From Roseibacillus sp. (lineage in GTDB: Bacteria > Verrucomicrobiota > Verrucomicrobiia > Verrucomicrobiales > Akkermansiaceae), in contig CBDEUM010000003.1 in assembly GCA_965242925.1 (NCBI GenBank), positions 1 through 29,641 on the forward strand: a stretch of 29,641 nt of DNA, given 5' to 3'. Below are positions 1-9,149 of this stretch, in pieces (positions within the stretch are counted from its first letter, which is position 1; each line of letters begins with the position of its first letter). The notes beneath the pieces were generated by a model that was not told where the DNA came from, did no database searches, and saw nothing but the letters and a program-made list of their open reading frames with translations. The translations under genes were made by a program, and so were the position numbers.

Positions 1-68
1 TGCGGTTGGATTCGAACCAACGACCTAGTGGTTAACAGCCACCCGCTCTACCGCTGAGCTACGCAGGA
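1..68 (-). tRNA. tRNA-Asn(GTT), 3' end truncated by the window edge
   Basis: Reverse complement reads TCCTGCG-TA-GCTC-AGCGGTA-GAGC-G-GGTGG-CT-GTT-AA-CCACT-AGGTC-GTTGG-TTCGAAT-CCAAC-CGCA, giving D, anticodon (GTT) and T arms. Confidence 0.97.
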
Positions 69-86
69 TCGTTGAAACGGGGCCGG

Positions 87-115
87 AAGATGATCGGCCG
101 GTCCGCCGGGAGCAA
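87..115 (-). promoter_or_regulatory. Putative sigma70 promoter of tRNA-Asn
   Basis: TTGCTC (115-110), 17 bp spacer, CATCTT (92-87), then a GC-rich discriminator CCGGCCCC; an A/T tract lies upstream of the -35. Confidence 0.55.
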
Positions 116-156
116 GAAAATTTTGCCCCTCGAGGAGTTACCACTTCACCACAAAT

Positions 157-2793
157 TCAGCGCTGATCCTGACGCTCCCTGAGCTGCCGGAGCAGTTTGT
201 CCACCTCTTCCTTGTCCGTCGGCTGACTCCCCCCGGGCGCGGCCGGAGCCGGGACCGAATCAGGTTGCTCCCGGGGAGCGTATCCGGTTGGGGGCACGCC
301 CACCGCAGCAAAAGGAGAGGAGTTCTCACTGGGCGCAACCACGGCACCATCCCCCGGCCACCACGAGGACGGCGACGGGGATGCTTCGCCTGGGCCAGAG
401 GTCTGCGGGGTTTTCCCATGGGCCTCCTGCCGAGGTGCAGCTTCTTCCGGGAACGGGTGATTCGGAGGATTATCTGCCACAAATGGTGAGGTAAAGGGAG
501 CCGAGGCCTGCAGGCTGACCGGGCTGAAGGGTGTTTCAGGCGGAGCGATCTCCGCCCGGTCTGCCCCCTCGCGGGGCGAAATGGAAGCAAAGACACTCTC
601 CTCATCCGCAGGGGAAGCAACAGGATAAACCGGTGTAAAGGGACTCTCCTGGGCTGCCGCTATCTGCGGCTCAGGATCCGCAGTGGCAGGGGCACTGGGA
701 GGCTCCTGATCCTGATCAATGAGCGGAGAGGAGGGACTGGCAGGCGGCTCCTCGGAAAGCGGCTTCAGTCTGGCAAATTCAATTTCGCCACCGGTCGGAT
801 CGGAATCGATGGGAGGGACTCCAGCAGAAGATTCCTCTGGGGCGCTCGCGGTTCCACTCGGCTCACCAGATGAAAAGAGCGAGATCGGTTCGGCTGGCGT
901 CGGCCCTGGATCGGAAGGGGCGTCGCCTTCCTCCCCCTCCTCCACCTCAACAGGTTCAATGGTTGGCTGGAAGTTCTCGAACGCCGCCGGGGAGGGCGTG
1001 TCGGATCTGTCTACCGTAGGCGAAACGGCCACAAACGGCGAAACCGGCTGACTGGCCGGCGGAAGGATCCTCTCCTCCGCTTCGGGGATGGTGGCATCCT
1101 CCTCAGGTGGTTGCTGATCCTTTTCCCCGACCCCGGGACCTGTGTCCCCAGCTTGAGTTGGCGAAAATGCATCGCCTGCATCAGGGAACGACACGAAGCC
1201 TGGGACGCGAGCCCCAGCTTCCTCTGCCTTGCAAGGATTCTCGGCTCCTTTCTCTATCCGGTCATCAACGGCCGTGAAGGAGGCTGGCTCTTCGGCGACC
1301 CTTTCCGGTTGCTGCGCCGATGGGGCCGTGACCGGCCGGGCTGACTCCGGCTCCGGGGGGCTTTCCTGTTCCGGGGGCGGTTTAGGTGCGAATGGACTCT
1401 CCCCAGGGTTGGCGCCTGCCGGTTCCCGGATCAAAACCGGTTCGGTAATGTCCTCCGAATCGGCACCGGAATCCCCGCCTGCCGGAGCGTCAGGCTCTGA
1501 CTGCGGTTCGGTCTCCATTTCCTTCGAACCCTGTTCGAGGTAAAGGCCCTTAAAGTCGGGCAGGTCGGCCAGCGCATCAGCTATCTGAAGGGCCTCACTG
1601 CCACCCAAGGGTTTGGACTTTTCTGCCGTGGTGGATTTGGCCTGGAGCTCTCCGGGGGAAGGATCAGGTTCCCGGTGCTCAAGCTCCTTCCACGCTTCGG
1701 AAGCCAACTTCAGCACGTGCCGCGAATAGAGGCTGTCGGCACAGCTTACCCAGTCGATCCCTGCGATGACCTCGGAAGCTCGATTCCCTGCCCGCGCGGA
1801 GATCAGAGCTTCCGCTCCTTTCCTCGAAAGGGCACCCAGGGAAACATTGTGTTCCAAAAGACGATCCGCCAGCCCCCCCGGCAAGAGCGGAAGGAAAGCG
1901 GACTCCCAGATATCGTCGTTGACGCTGAGAAGCACCGCCGTACCGGGACACGACTGCGAGATATTGGCAAGAAAAGAGGAGAGGGCGAGGGCATCGGGAG
2001 GCGCAGTCGAGAGACCCTCGGTGTCATCGACGACGAGAACCGGACTGGTCACCGTGCCGCAGAGCGCCAGCAACCCAAGAAGACGCTCTTCCGCAGCAGA
2101 TGCCGACTGGCTGTGGAGATCATTACGAAAGATGGTCTCAAATAGAAGGCGGGCTCGCTCGACATTGTCGGGCGGAGTGGTCGCGAAGCGGAAGAGGAGT
2201 TCTACCCAGTAGGACGCCTCCCGCAAACTGGCCCCACTTTCCCTTGCGAGTTCTGCCGCAAGCCGCGGCCCCAGGATTTCAAAGTTTGATTTCGTCCAGT
2301 GGGCCGTCACTGCCCGGTCATGATGAAAATCCAACGTCTCCGCAGGGTTTTCGCGCAAGGCCGCGAGGGCTCCGTCGGGATCCTGACAAGGCACTTCGCC
2401 GGAAGCCACCAACGGTTCCAAGCCCAGGGCCAGGATCCCGCGCGCAAGAAGATCCAGCCTGGTCAGGGTGGTTGAATTCGGCAGCACCTGACAGAGCGCC
2501 TGCAGAACGTACTCAAGGACATGAGCGGCATCGGTTGTCCGCCCGCCAGTAAGATTGACCCGGACAAACTGATGGCTCTCCGCAAACTCGCTCGACAGGC
2601 GTTGCAGGAGAGATGTCTTTCCATAGCCTGCCCGTGGCGCTCTCAGCAGAATGACTCGGCCGTCTCCGCCGCTGCCGGTATCCAGCAACCCTTTGAGTTC
2701 TTCAAAGGCTCGCTGGTTGATTGCTTCGACACTGTGTCGGTGCTCTCGCCCGAAAACCTCGAAGCGGGAACTGAAAGGATCAGGAAAACTCAT
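157..2793 (-). CDS. P-loop NTPase (N-terminal ~370 aa) with a ~500 aa Pro/Ser/Glu/Ala-rich low-complexity tail
   Basis: 878 aa ORF with Walker A-like ILLRAPRAGYGKTS and Walker B VLVVDDTE. The tail is acidic and Pro-rich and ends in a short helix, DKEEVDKLLRQLRER. Confidence 0.8.
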   Translation of the reverse strand: MSFPDPFSSRFEVFGREHRHSVEAINQRAFEELKGLLDTGSGGDGRVILLRAPRAGYGKTSLLQRLSSEFAESHQFVRVNLTGGRTTDAAHVLEYVLQALCQVLPNSTTLTRLDLLARGILALGLEPLVASGEVPCQDPDGALAALRENPAETLDFHHDRAVTAHWTKSNFEILGPRLAAELARESGASLREASYWVELLFRFATTPPDNVERARLLFETIFRNDLHSQSASAAEERLLGLLALCGTVTSPVLVVDDTEGLSTAPPDALALSSFLANISQSCPGTAVLLSVNDDIWESAFLPLLPGGLADRLLEHNVSLGALSRKGAEALISARAGNRASEVIAGIDWVSCADSLYSRHVLKLASEAWKELEHREPDPSPGELQAKSTTAEKSKPLGGSEALQIADALADLPDFKGLYLEQGSKEMETEPQSEPDAPAGGDSGADSEDITEPVLIREPAGANPGESPFAPKPPPEQESPPEPESARPVTAPSAQQPERVAEEPASFTAVDDRIEKGAENPCKAEEAGARVPGFVSFPDAGDAFSPTQAGDTGPGVGEKDQQPPEEDATIPEAEERILPPASQPVSPFVAVSPTVDRSDTPSPAAFENFQPTIEPVEVEEGEEGDAPSDPGPTPAEPISLFSSGEPSGTASAPEESSAGVPPIDSDPTGGEIEFARLKPLSEEPPASPSSPLIDQDQEPPSAPATADPEPQIAAAQESPFTPVYPVASPADEESVFASISPREGADRAEIAPPETPFSPVSLQASAPFTSPFVADNPPNHPFPEEAAPRQEAHGKTPQTSGPGEASPSPSSWWPGDGAVVAPSENSSPFAAVGVPPTGYAPREQPDSVPAPAAPGGSQPTDKEEVDKLLRQLRERQDQR

Positions 2794-2823
2794 GGGCAGG
2801 AGGAGATATCGATGACGTCCGAA

Positions 2824-2853
2824 ACCCTAGGTAAGCGCCGTGATCTCAGACAA
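2824..2853 (-). promoter_or_regulatory. Possible sigma70 promoter of the NTPase gene
   Basis: TTGTCT (2853-2848), 18 bp spacer, TAGGGT (2829-2824), about 30 bp upstream of the ATG. Confidence 0.3.
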
Positions 2854-2963
2854 GCTCGAAAGCTGTGAACAAGCTGCTATTCCAATGTGAAGAACTTGTT
2901 AGGAAAATCCAAGTTCCGGCAATCCGACTGGCCGCCATCAGGTCCTGCTCGGACGACGGGCGG

Positions 2964-4418
2964 CTAATTCCCCCCTTCCGGAGCCGAGGACTTCACAGGG
3001 GATGCCTGGAGTTTTCTGAGGAAATTGTCGCTCGGTTGCTCAATCGTGCCGCTCAATTCGAGGTCGGTCCAGCAGTAGCCCTGCTGGGGGCGACTGAAAG
3101 ACGAATAGCGGGGCTCGGTCAGGGATTTCATCATGAGAATCTCGGGGACGCCCAGTCGTAGGGTGCCGCTTAGCTCCTCCTCCTTCACCGCGATTTTCCC
3201 AGTCAGCATCATATGGGAGCGAACTTCGTATTTGAGGTCCTCGATGCTTAATTGATCACGGTCCCATTTCAGTGTCCCGGCGATAGTCCCTCCTTCGGGG
3301 CGGGCATAGTGCTCCTTGCGTAGAATGGAGGCGAGTCCTCCGAGAAACCTGAAGCCTTCAATTGAAATTTCAGTTCCACTGAAGCTGACCTCAAGCTGTC
3401 CCGAATCCACATGCCGGGGATCAAATGTCAGGGATCCGGAGGACGCATCCACGTGGCCCTTGATAAGGCGCCCGAGGGCATCCATTCCGAGCAATTCGGT
3501 CATCGGGAAGCCGATGAGTTGGACATCAAACACGGAGGGACCGCCGGAAGTAATAGGCTTCACCCCCTTGAACACGGCCTCTCCCGAGCTGGGACTTCTG
3601 GTGTAGAGGGATTTGAGATCAAAGCCTCCGTCATTCCATTTCCCCAGCCCAGTGCTCACCTTGAGCTCCGTCCAGTTGCCAAAACGCACAAACCCACCAC
3701 TGAGAACGAAGCGCAGGCCCTCCCCGTCTTCGGCGGGCCGTGCGGTCAACTCCGAGCCTCGCAGACGCACCAAGGAATCGCCAGTCTCGTTCCCGTAATG
3801 GAGGTCAAACTGACTGCAGCGGTAGCTCCCGAAATCAAGGAACTCCTCCCCTTTTGTAACCAGAGGGCCAATCGTATCCTCGGGAGGTCTCAGCACCATC
3901 GTTCCGGATTCCGCCCTAAGCTCTCTTCCCCGCAATCTGGAACTGATAAAACTGGATCCCTTCAACCGGGCATCCAGGGATAAGAGCTTGAGACTCCTGG
4001 GTAGTGATTCGGCTGACCAGGCGAACTTCACGGACTCTAATCGGCTTTTGATCGGATTCACCGAGAGGTCTGCAAGTCCCACCTGAGCACCGGTAGATCG
4101 CCCCAGGCTCTTCTCCAGGTCCTCCCGAAAACCCTTGCTGTTGAACCGGGCCAGCACCAGCAGCAGGGAAACCCCGGCGGCAACCAGAAGAACAACGAAT
4201 CCAACAGTCGTAATCAGGCCGTAACGACGCCGGCGGGACTTGGGGTTGGCCGACTGGTCTTTCCGTCGCTTCCGCCTGCGCACCCGCATCGCCTTCGATC
4301 CGTCAGACCGGGTCACCAGTTCAGCATCCTCGCTCCTCGTCTTAGCCCGTTCCCCCTTCTTCAGTTGCTCCATCATTTCGTCGACGGAGTAGCTGCGCTG
4401 TTCTGAATCCTTTGCCAT
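2964..4418 (-). CDS. Inner-membrane-anchored periplasmic beta-rich protein, AsmA-like
   Basis: 484 aa: charged N-terminus with a polybasic run, one TM helix (YGLITTVGFVVLLVAAGVSLLLVLA), then a helix-strand start typical of AsmA proteins (REDLEKSLGRSTGAQVGL) and alternating beta-strand patterns ending in LELSGTIEQP. Confidence 0.65.
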   Translation of the reverse strand: MAKDSEQRSYSVDEMMEQLKKGERAKTRSEDAELVTRSDGSKAMRVRRRKRRKDQSANPKSRRRRYGLITTVGFVVLLVAAGVSLLLVLARFNSKGFREDLEKSLGRSTGAQVGLADLSVNPIKSRLESVKFAWSAESLPRSLKLLSLDARLKGSSFISSRLRGRELRAESGTMVLRPPEDTIGPLVTKGEEFLDFGSYRCSQFDLHYGNETGDSLVRLRGSELTARPAEDGEGLRFVLSGGFVRFGNWTELKVSTGLGKWNDGGFDLKSLYTRSPSSGEAVFKGVKPITSGGPSVFDVQLIGFPMTELLGMDALGRLIKGHVDASSGSLTFDPRHVDSGQLEVSFSGTEISIEGFRFLGGLASILRKEHYARPEGGTIAGTLKWDRDQLSIEDLKYEVRSHMMLTGKIAVKEEELSGTLRLGVPEILMMKSLTEPRYSSFSRPQQGYCWTDLELSGTIEQPSDNFLRKLQASPVKSSAPEGGN

Positions 4419-4448
4419 GTCTCTACGGAGAACCCGGAAAAATTCGTC

Positions 4449-6875
4449 TTACCGACTGACAGGCTGGCCAGAGGGATCCTCCAACCGAACGGTCACCAGG
4501 ATAATGTAGGCGTCCTTCAAAGAGGTCTCCGCCTGGGATTGGAAGAATCGCCCGATCAGCGGAATTCTGCTCAGGACCGGTGTGCTGTCCTCTACTTTGA
4601 TGTTTGAGTTAGCGAGCAATCCACCCAGAACCACTGTTTCGCCATTGTATATCGAAAGAGTCGAATTGCCCCGAATCGTGCTGAACACGGGCATGAGGAT
4701 GGCGTTCTCGGTAATCGTCCCGAACGAGCCCGAGCTCAGGATCCCGCCGGTCGGATCGAGGACCGAGCTGCTGCTCCCACCACGGATCGGTGTGCCGTAG
4801 TTGATGAAGCCATCAAAATCCCGGATTTCCGGTTTGATGGCCACTTCCACCACCCCGTCTTCACCGAGCTGGGGAAGGACTTCGAGCATGCACCCGAGGT
4901 TGGTGGTCTCAAAGGCCGTCGGATGTGCAGGCGTAACGGGCATGACACCTGCATCCTGCCCCACCAAGCCTCCCGCCGGGTCGATCTGGAAGTTACCCCC
5001 GACCTGGTTCGGAAGCTCGGGAGGCTCATACTCGGTTGGATAAATGAATTCCTTTACCGACTCAATGGTTGCGGTCTGGCCAGAGCGGGTAATCACCGTC
5101 TTCTTGGTCATCAGGTCCAGTCCGTTATGCTGACTGGCGCCTCGCATGAGAACTCCAACGGTGGCATCATTGATTATCCCGGTGGCCAAGATGCTGCCGG
5201 GAGCACGGAAAAACGCGTTCTCGACTGGAGAGCGGGCCATTGCGGCACTGATGGAATTCTTCTCGGTGGCAAGATTGCCGCTGCGGTTCCCCGCGTTCAG
5301 CGGACGGAAAGGAGGCGCCACCACAGGAGTTCCATTGCCCACCGTTCCCCCGTGGAGCAGGAGCTCATCCGTGAGTGACTGCGCGCCGCCCAGGAGCCAA
5401 TCGAAACCCAGTTCCTCAAGCCGCTGCTCGGTGGAACGGATGATCCGGGCCTCCACGATGATCATCACCGGTTCAGCCTCAACAAGTGCTTCCACAATCA
5501 CCTCGACCAGGGCCATGTTGGTTTCGGTGTTCTTGATGGAGAGCACAGATGCTTCTGGCCTGTAGATCGCGGTGGCTCCGGGCGGGAACGCCACGCCTTT
5601 TTGCTTGAGATACTCCTGGGCTGTAAGGCGTTTCACGAGGCCTCGCCTGGGAGCATCATCGCCTCCAAAAGGATCGGCGTCCTCCCCGGCTCCTCCCTCT
5701 CCAAGATCCTCCCGGCTCAGGAAATCGGGAGGCATCTTGAACTGTCGGAAGATCAGGTCGTCGCTGATCACTCCCGCTGGCCTGATCACAATTGCATGCT
5801 CGTCAACCCTCGCCGTGGTCCGCGTGGCCTGCAGGATATAATCCAATACCTTGCGCATCGGGGCATTGCGCAGCTTGAGATTGAAGGTGGTGGTCTCAAT
5901 CTGGCGGGTGCGAATCTCGTCTGCATTCCCCAGTTGAATAACAAAGGCAATGCCCCGGCGCTCGGGATCCAGTTCCTGCAGATCAAGAGTGGCGGCCTGC
6001 TGACGCAGAAAGTCGATCGCTTCCCCCAACCGGACCTGATCCATGTCGACTACCGGAATAATGATAGATTCGAGTTTCTCCGAGGCCGAGGCTCCCAGGA
6101 GGATTCCTCCCTTCAGCCTCCCAAACTCTCCATCGGCAAGTTCGCTGACGCCCTTCGGCACCGGGGATTCCCAGGCCCTCCCAACCTCCATGAGCATCTG
6201 CTTCCGCGCCTCGTCACGAGCTGCATTGAAGTATTTGCTCTTGTGCCGGTGGATCGCTTCCATCCCCCGGCGGGCCGCTGCGTTATGGGGATCGATCCGC
6301 AGGACAGCGTCATAAATCACAAGGGCACGATCGAACTGCCCCAATTCCGTGAAACCCCGGGCCTCATAGAGCAGTCGGCGCACCTCATCTACCTTGCGGG
6401 CGTGGGCCGGGGTCAGAGCCGGGTTGTTCCTGATGGGATCCTTCAGTCGCTCACGCATCTGCTCAGCAGAGGCATGATGGGGTGCCACACCGGGCTTCAG
6501 CACGTTCTCCAGGAGTTCATCCGCTTTCCCGTAGTCGCCCACACGGGCCAATTCACGAGCACGCTCAACCGAGGCCTGGGCCAGACGGTCAGCTGTCGCG
6601 GCCTTGAGGTGGGCGGTGCCGACCCCACCCGGAAAAAGGCTGAAGGCCTTGGTGTATTCGTCCACCGCGGTTGCATAGTTCGCGAGGCGATACGCTTTGT
6701 CTCCGGCCAGAACCGCTTCCTGTGCCTGCTGGGTGCTTTGGGCCCTGCGCTCCAGTTCGCGCTTAACAATCCCGGACGGCTCAGCCGAGAGGGGCGAAAT
6801 GGCCGCAACAAGGCCAGCCACCATGAGCAAGGCGCACAAAACCGGACCGGCAACATCACGAGAGCGTTGCCGCAC
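4449..6875 (-). CDS. Secretin, Amuc_1098-like type IV pilus/T2SS outer-membrane protein with N-terminal TPR region
   Basis: Contains EARIIRSTEQRLEELGFDW, VITRSGQTATIESVKEFIYPTEYEPP, AFETTNLGCMLEVLP, GETVVLGGLL and TPVLSRIPLIGRFF. The ORF is open to TTG 6959; GTG 6875 is preferred because it gives a signal peptide (MRQRSR...ISPLSA). Confidence 0.92.
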   Translation of the reverse strand: MRQRSRDVAGPVLCALLMVAGLVAAISPLSAEPSGIVKRELERRAQSTQQAQEAVLAGDKAYRLANYATAVDEYTKAFSLFPGGVGTAHLKAATADRLAQASVERARELARVGDYGKADELLENVLKPGVAPHHASAEQMRERLKDPIRNNPALTPAHARKVDEVRRLLYEARGFTELGQFDRALVIYDAVLRIDPHNAAARRGMEAIHRHKSKYFNAARDEARKQMLMEVGRAWESPVPKGVSELADGEFGRLKGGILLGASASEKLESIIIPVVDMDQVRLGEAIDFLRQQAATLDLQELDPERRGIAFVIQLGNADEIRTRQIETTTFNLKLRNAPMRKVLDYILQATRTTARVDEHAIVIRPAGVISDDLIFRQFKMPPDFLSREDLGEGGAGEDADPFGGDDAPRRGLVKRLTAQEYLKQKGVAFPPGATAIYRPEASVLSIKNTETNMALVEVIVEALVEAEPVMIIVEARIIRSTEQRLEELGFDWLLGGAQSLTDELLLHGGTVGNGTPVVAPPFRPLNAGNRSGNLATEKNSISAAMARSPVENAFFRAPGSILATGIINDATVGVLMRGASQHNGLDLMTKKTVITRSGQTATIESVKEFIYPTEYEPPELPNQVGGNFQIDPAGGLVGQDAGVMPVTPAHPTAFETTNLGCMLEVLPQLGEDGVVEVAIKPEIRDFDGFINYGTPIRGGSSSSVLDPTGGILSSGSFGTITENAILMPVFSTIRGNSTLSIYNGETVVLGGLLANSNIKVEDSTPVLSRIPLIGRFFQSQAETSLKDAYIILVTVRLEDPSGQPVSR

Positions 6876-7138
6876 GAACTGAGGGACGTAGGCGATGGCG
6901 ATGGTTCTACCGAACCACCCTTCCGACGTCAGCACAAAAATCGGGGAGCTTATCGGCAAAATTCCCTGTGTTTGCGGGAGTTTTCTAACCTCGGAATGGT
7001 AGCTGTAATCGCTGCATGGCCGCTTTTCTGCTTCGAGTGTGGAAAGCCCGATTGAGAATTCGGATGCGACGTTTAAGGAGATTAACCCGGATCAGAAGGT
7101 GACATTTACGCACCCGGCACGTTAACATGTTCATGCGA

Positions 7139-7168
7139 ACAGTATGCCCCTTGCTGCGAAACTGTCAA
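7139..7168 (-). promoter_or_regulatory. Putative sigma70 promoter upstream of the secretin
   Basis: Perfect TTGACA (7168-7163) with CATACT at 16 bp (7146-7141) or TACTGT at 18 bp (7144-7139). Confidence 0.55.
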
Positions 7169-7190
7169 GGTCCAGCTGATCGAATCCATC

Positions 7191-9149
7191 CTATTCTCTT
7201 GGAGCCTTCACGATCCGGTCAACCGCATGCTTAGTCACGATATTCCCTTTCGCCCCGCGTCCCTTGACCGCAATTTCACCAAACTGGAATAGACGACTCA
7301 CGTTCCGGAGGCGCAAGGCCGGCTTAAGATGGATGAGCACCGTATTCAAGGCGCTCTCCTCCTCGGAGTCATGGACCACCAAGTAGAAAACCCGCGTTCC
7401 CGCCGTGCCCCTGCCCAACTCATAGATCTTGTCACGGGTCACTCCCCCGATCCGAAAACGTTTGGACAAGACGGCACCATCCCGCCCATCGCGGTAGATC
7501 ATTGAATAAATCTTTTCCTCTCCCTTGCGGAACACAGCCACATGGACCGGGCGTTTTCCCACGAAGGCCTTGTTCGAGACCTTCAGCACCCGCATCTTTC
7601 CGTCCTGTGAGATCGCAATGATATCATCGAGTCGTGAACACTTCTCGATGGCCTTTTCGCGCTTGAGCCCCAGTCCCGCAAATCCGTTCTTTTCATCGAC
7701 GTAGAGCGTCTCGGTGGACGCTACCACCTGGGTGCGGTCAACTCTTTCAAATTCCCCTTCATCAGTCCGGGGTTCACGATCCTTGCCATACTTCTTCTGA
7801 AGGTTCTTGTAATACCTTATGGCGTAGCGGGTGAGACTGCTGAGATTCTTCTGGGTCTCTGCGATGCCATCCTCCAGATCCCTGATCTCCTCGTCGGCCC
7901 GGAAGCTGTCATACTTCGAGATGCGCTTGATTCTGATTTCGGTGAGACGGATGATGTCATCCCGCGTAATTTCCCTCCGAAAGCGCTTCCTGTATGGCTT
8001 GAGCCCCTTGTCAATGGCATTGATCACGGCCTCCCAAGTGTCGCATTCCTCAATGTCGCGGTAGATCCGGTTTTCAATGAAGATCTTCTCAAGCGACCCG
8101 AAGTGCCACTTCTCCTCCAGTTCGCTCAACCGGATCTCGAGCTCCCGCTTGAGAAGATCCCTGGTCTGAAGAGCGGAGCGTTTGAGAATCTCGCTCACCC
8201 CCAGGAACTGAGGTTTCCCATCCGCTATCACACAGGCGTTTGGCGAGATGCTCATCTCGCAATCGGTGAAGGCGTAGAGGGCGTCGCGAACCGATTCCGG
8301 TTCGCTTCCCGCGGAGAGATGGACAAGAATGTCAGCCTCGTCCGCCGTGTTATCCTCGATCCGTGAAATCTTGATTTTTCCCTTTTCCTGGGCGCCGACA
8401 ATGGAGGCCTGGAGCGAGGTAGTGGTGGTCCCCCAGGGAACCTCGAAGATGCGCAACAGGTTCCTCTTGACGACCTCGATCTTGGCCCGCACCCGGACCC
8501 GCCCCCCCCGCAATCCGTCGTTGTACTCGCTGGCGTCCATGAGCCCCCCGGTCGGGAAGTCAGGAACGATCTCAACCTTCTGCTTGCGCAGGACCCGAAT
8601 GCACTGCTCGATCAGTTCGTTGAAATTGTGCGGAAGAATCTTGCAGGCGAGGCCGACGGCGATCCCCTCCCCCCCCTGCGCGAGAAGAAGCGGAAACTTC
8701 ATGGGGAGGGTGATGGGTTCCTTGTTCCGCCCGTCATAGCTGCGAGTCCAGTCAGTGGTCTTCGGATTGAACGCCACTTCAAGGGCGAAGGGAGTCAGGC
8801 GGGCCTCGATATATCGACCGGCGGCGGCACGATCGCCGGTAAGGACATTTCCCCAGTTTCCCTGCGTGTCGATCAGCAGATCCTTCTGTCCGATCCCGAC
8901 CAAGGCATCCTCAATCGCAACATTCCCGTGCGGGTGGTACTTCATCGTGTCACCCACGATGTTGGCCACCTTGTTGTAGCGGCCATCTTCGATCTGACGC
9001 ATGGCATGGAGAATCCGCCGCTGCACCGGTTTCAGGCCGTCTCCGAGATGGGGCACGGCCCGCTCCATGATCACGTAGCTTGCGTAATCGAGGAAGTAAT
9101 CGGAGTACATCTCCCCCAGACTTCCGTGCTCCGTGCCCTTGTCGCTCAT
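7191..9149 (-). CDS. parC: DNA topoisomerase IV subunit A
   Basis: DGLKPVQRRIL, MKYHPHG, catalytic Tyr in AAAGRYIEARL, PDFPTGG. It is short (652 aa) and has no canonical GyrA-box, which favours ParC over GyrA. Confidence 0.9.
   Translation of the reverse strand: MSDKGTEHGSLGEMYSDYFLDYASYVIMERAVPHLGDGLKPVQRRILHAMRQIEDGRYNKVANIVGDTMKYHPHGNVAIEDALVGIGQKDLLIDTQGNWGNVLTGDRAAAGRYIEARLTPFALEVAFNPKTTDWTRSYDGRNKEPITLPMKFPLLLAQGGEGIAVGLACKILPHNFNELIEQCIRVLRKQKVEIVPDFPTGGLMDASEYNDGLRGGRVRVRAKIEVVKRNLLRIFEVPWGTTTTSLQASIVGAQEKGKIKISRIEDNTADEADILVHLSAGSEPESVRDALYAFTDCEMSISPNACVIADGKPQFLGVSEILKRSALQTRDLLKRELEIRLSELEEKWHFGSLEKIFIENRIYRDIEECDTWEAVINAIDKGLKPYRKRFRREITRDDIIRLTEIRIKRISKYDSFRADEEIRDLEDGIAETQKNLSSLTRYAIRYYKNLQKKYGKDREPRTDEGEFERVDRTQVVASTETLYVDEKNGFAGLGLKREKAIEKCSRLDDIIAISQDGKMRVLKVSNKAFVGKRPVHVAVFRKGEEKIYSMIYRDGRDGAVLSKRFRIGGVTRDKIYELGRGTAGTRVFYLVVHDSEEESALNTVLIHLKPALRLRNVSRLFQFGEIAVKGRGAKGNIVTKHAVDRIVKAPRE

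Noticed and set aside
1780..1791. 12 bp match TCGATTCCCTGC to the tRNA-Arg T-arm, a possible att site
   Set aside because: Short, inside a coding region, on the 5' side of the tRNA, and there is no integrase in the window.
5601..7055. 484 aa plus-strand ORF
   Set aside because: Antisense shadow of the secretin with no protein motifs.
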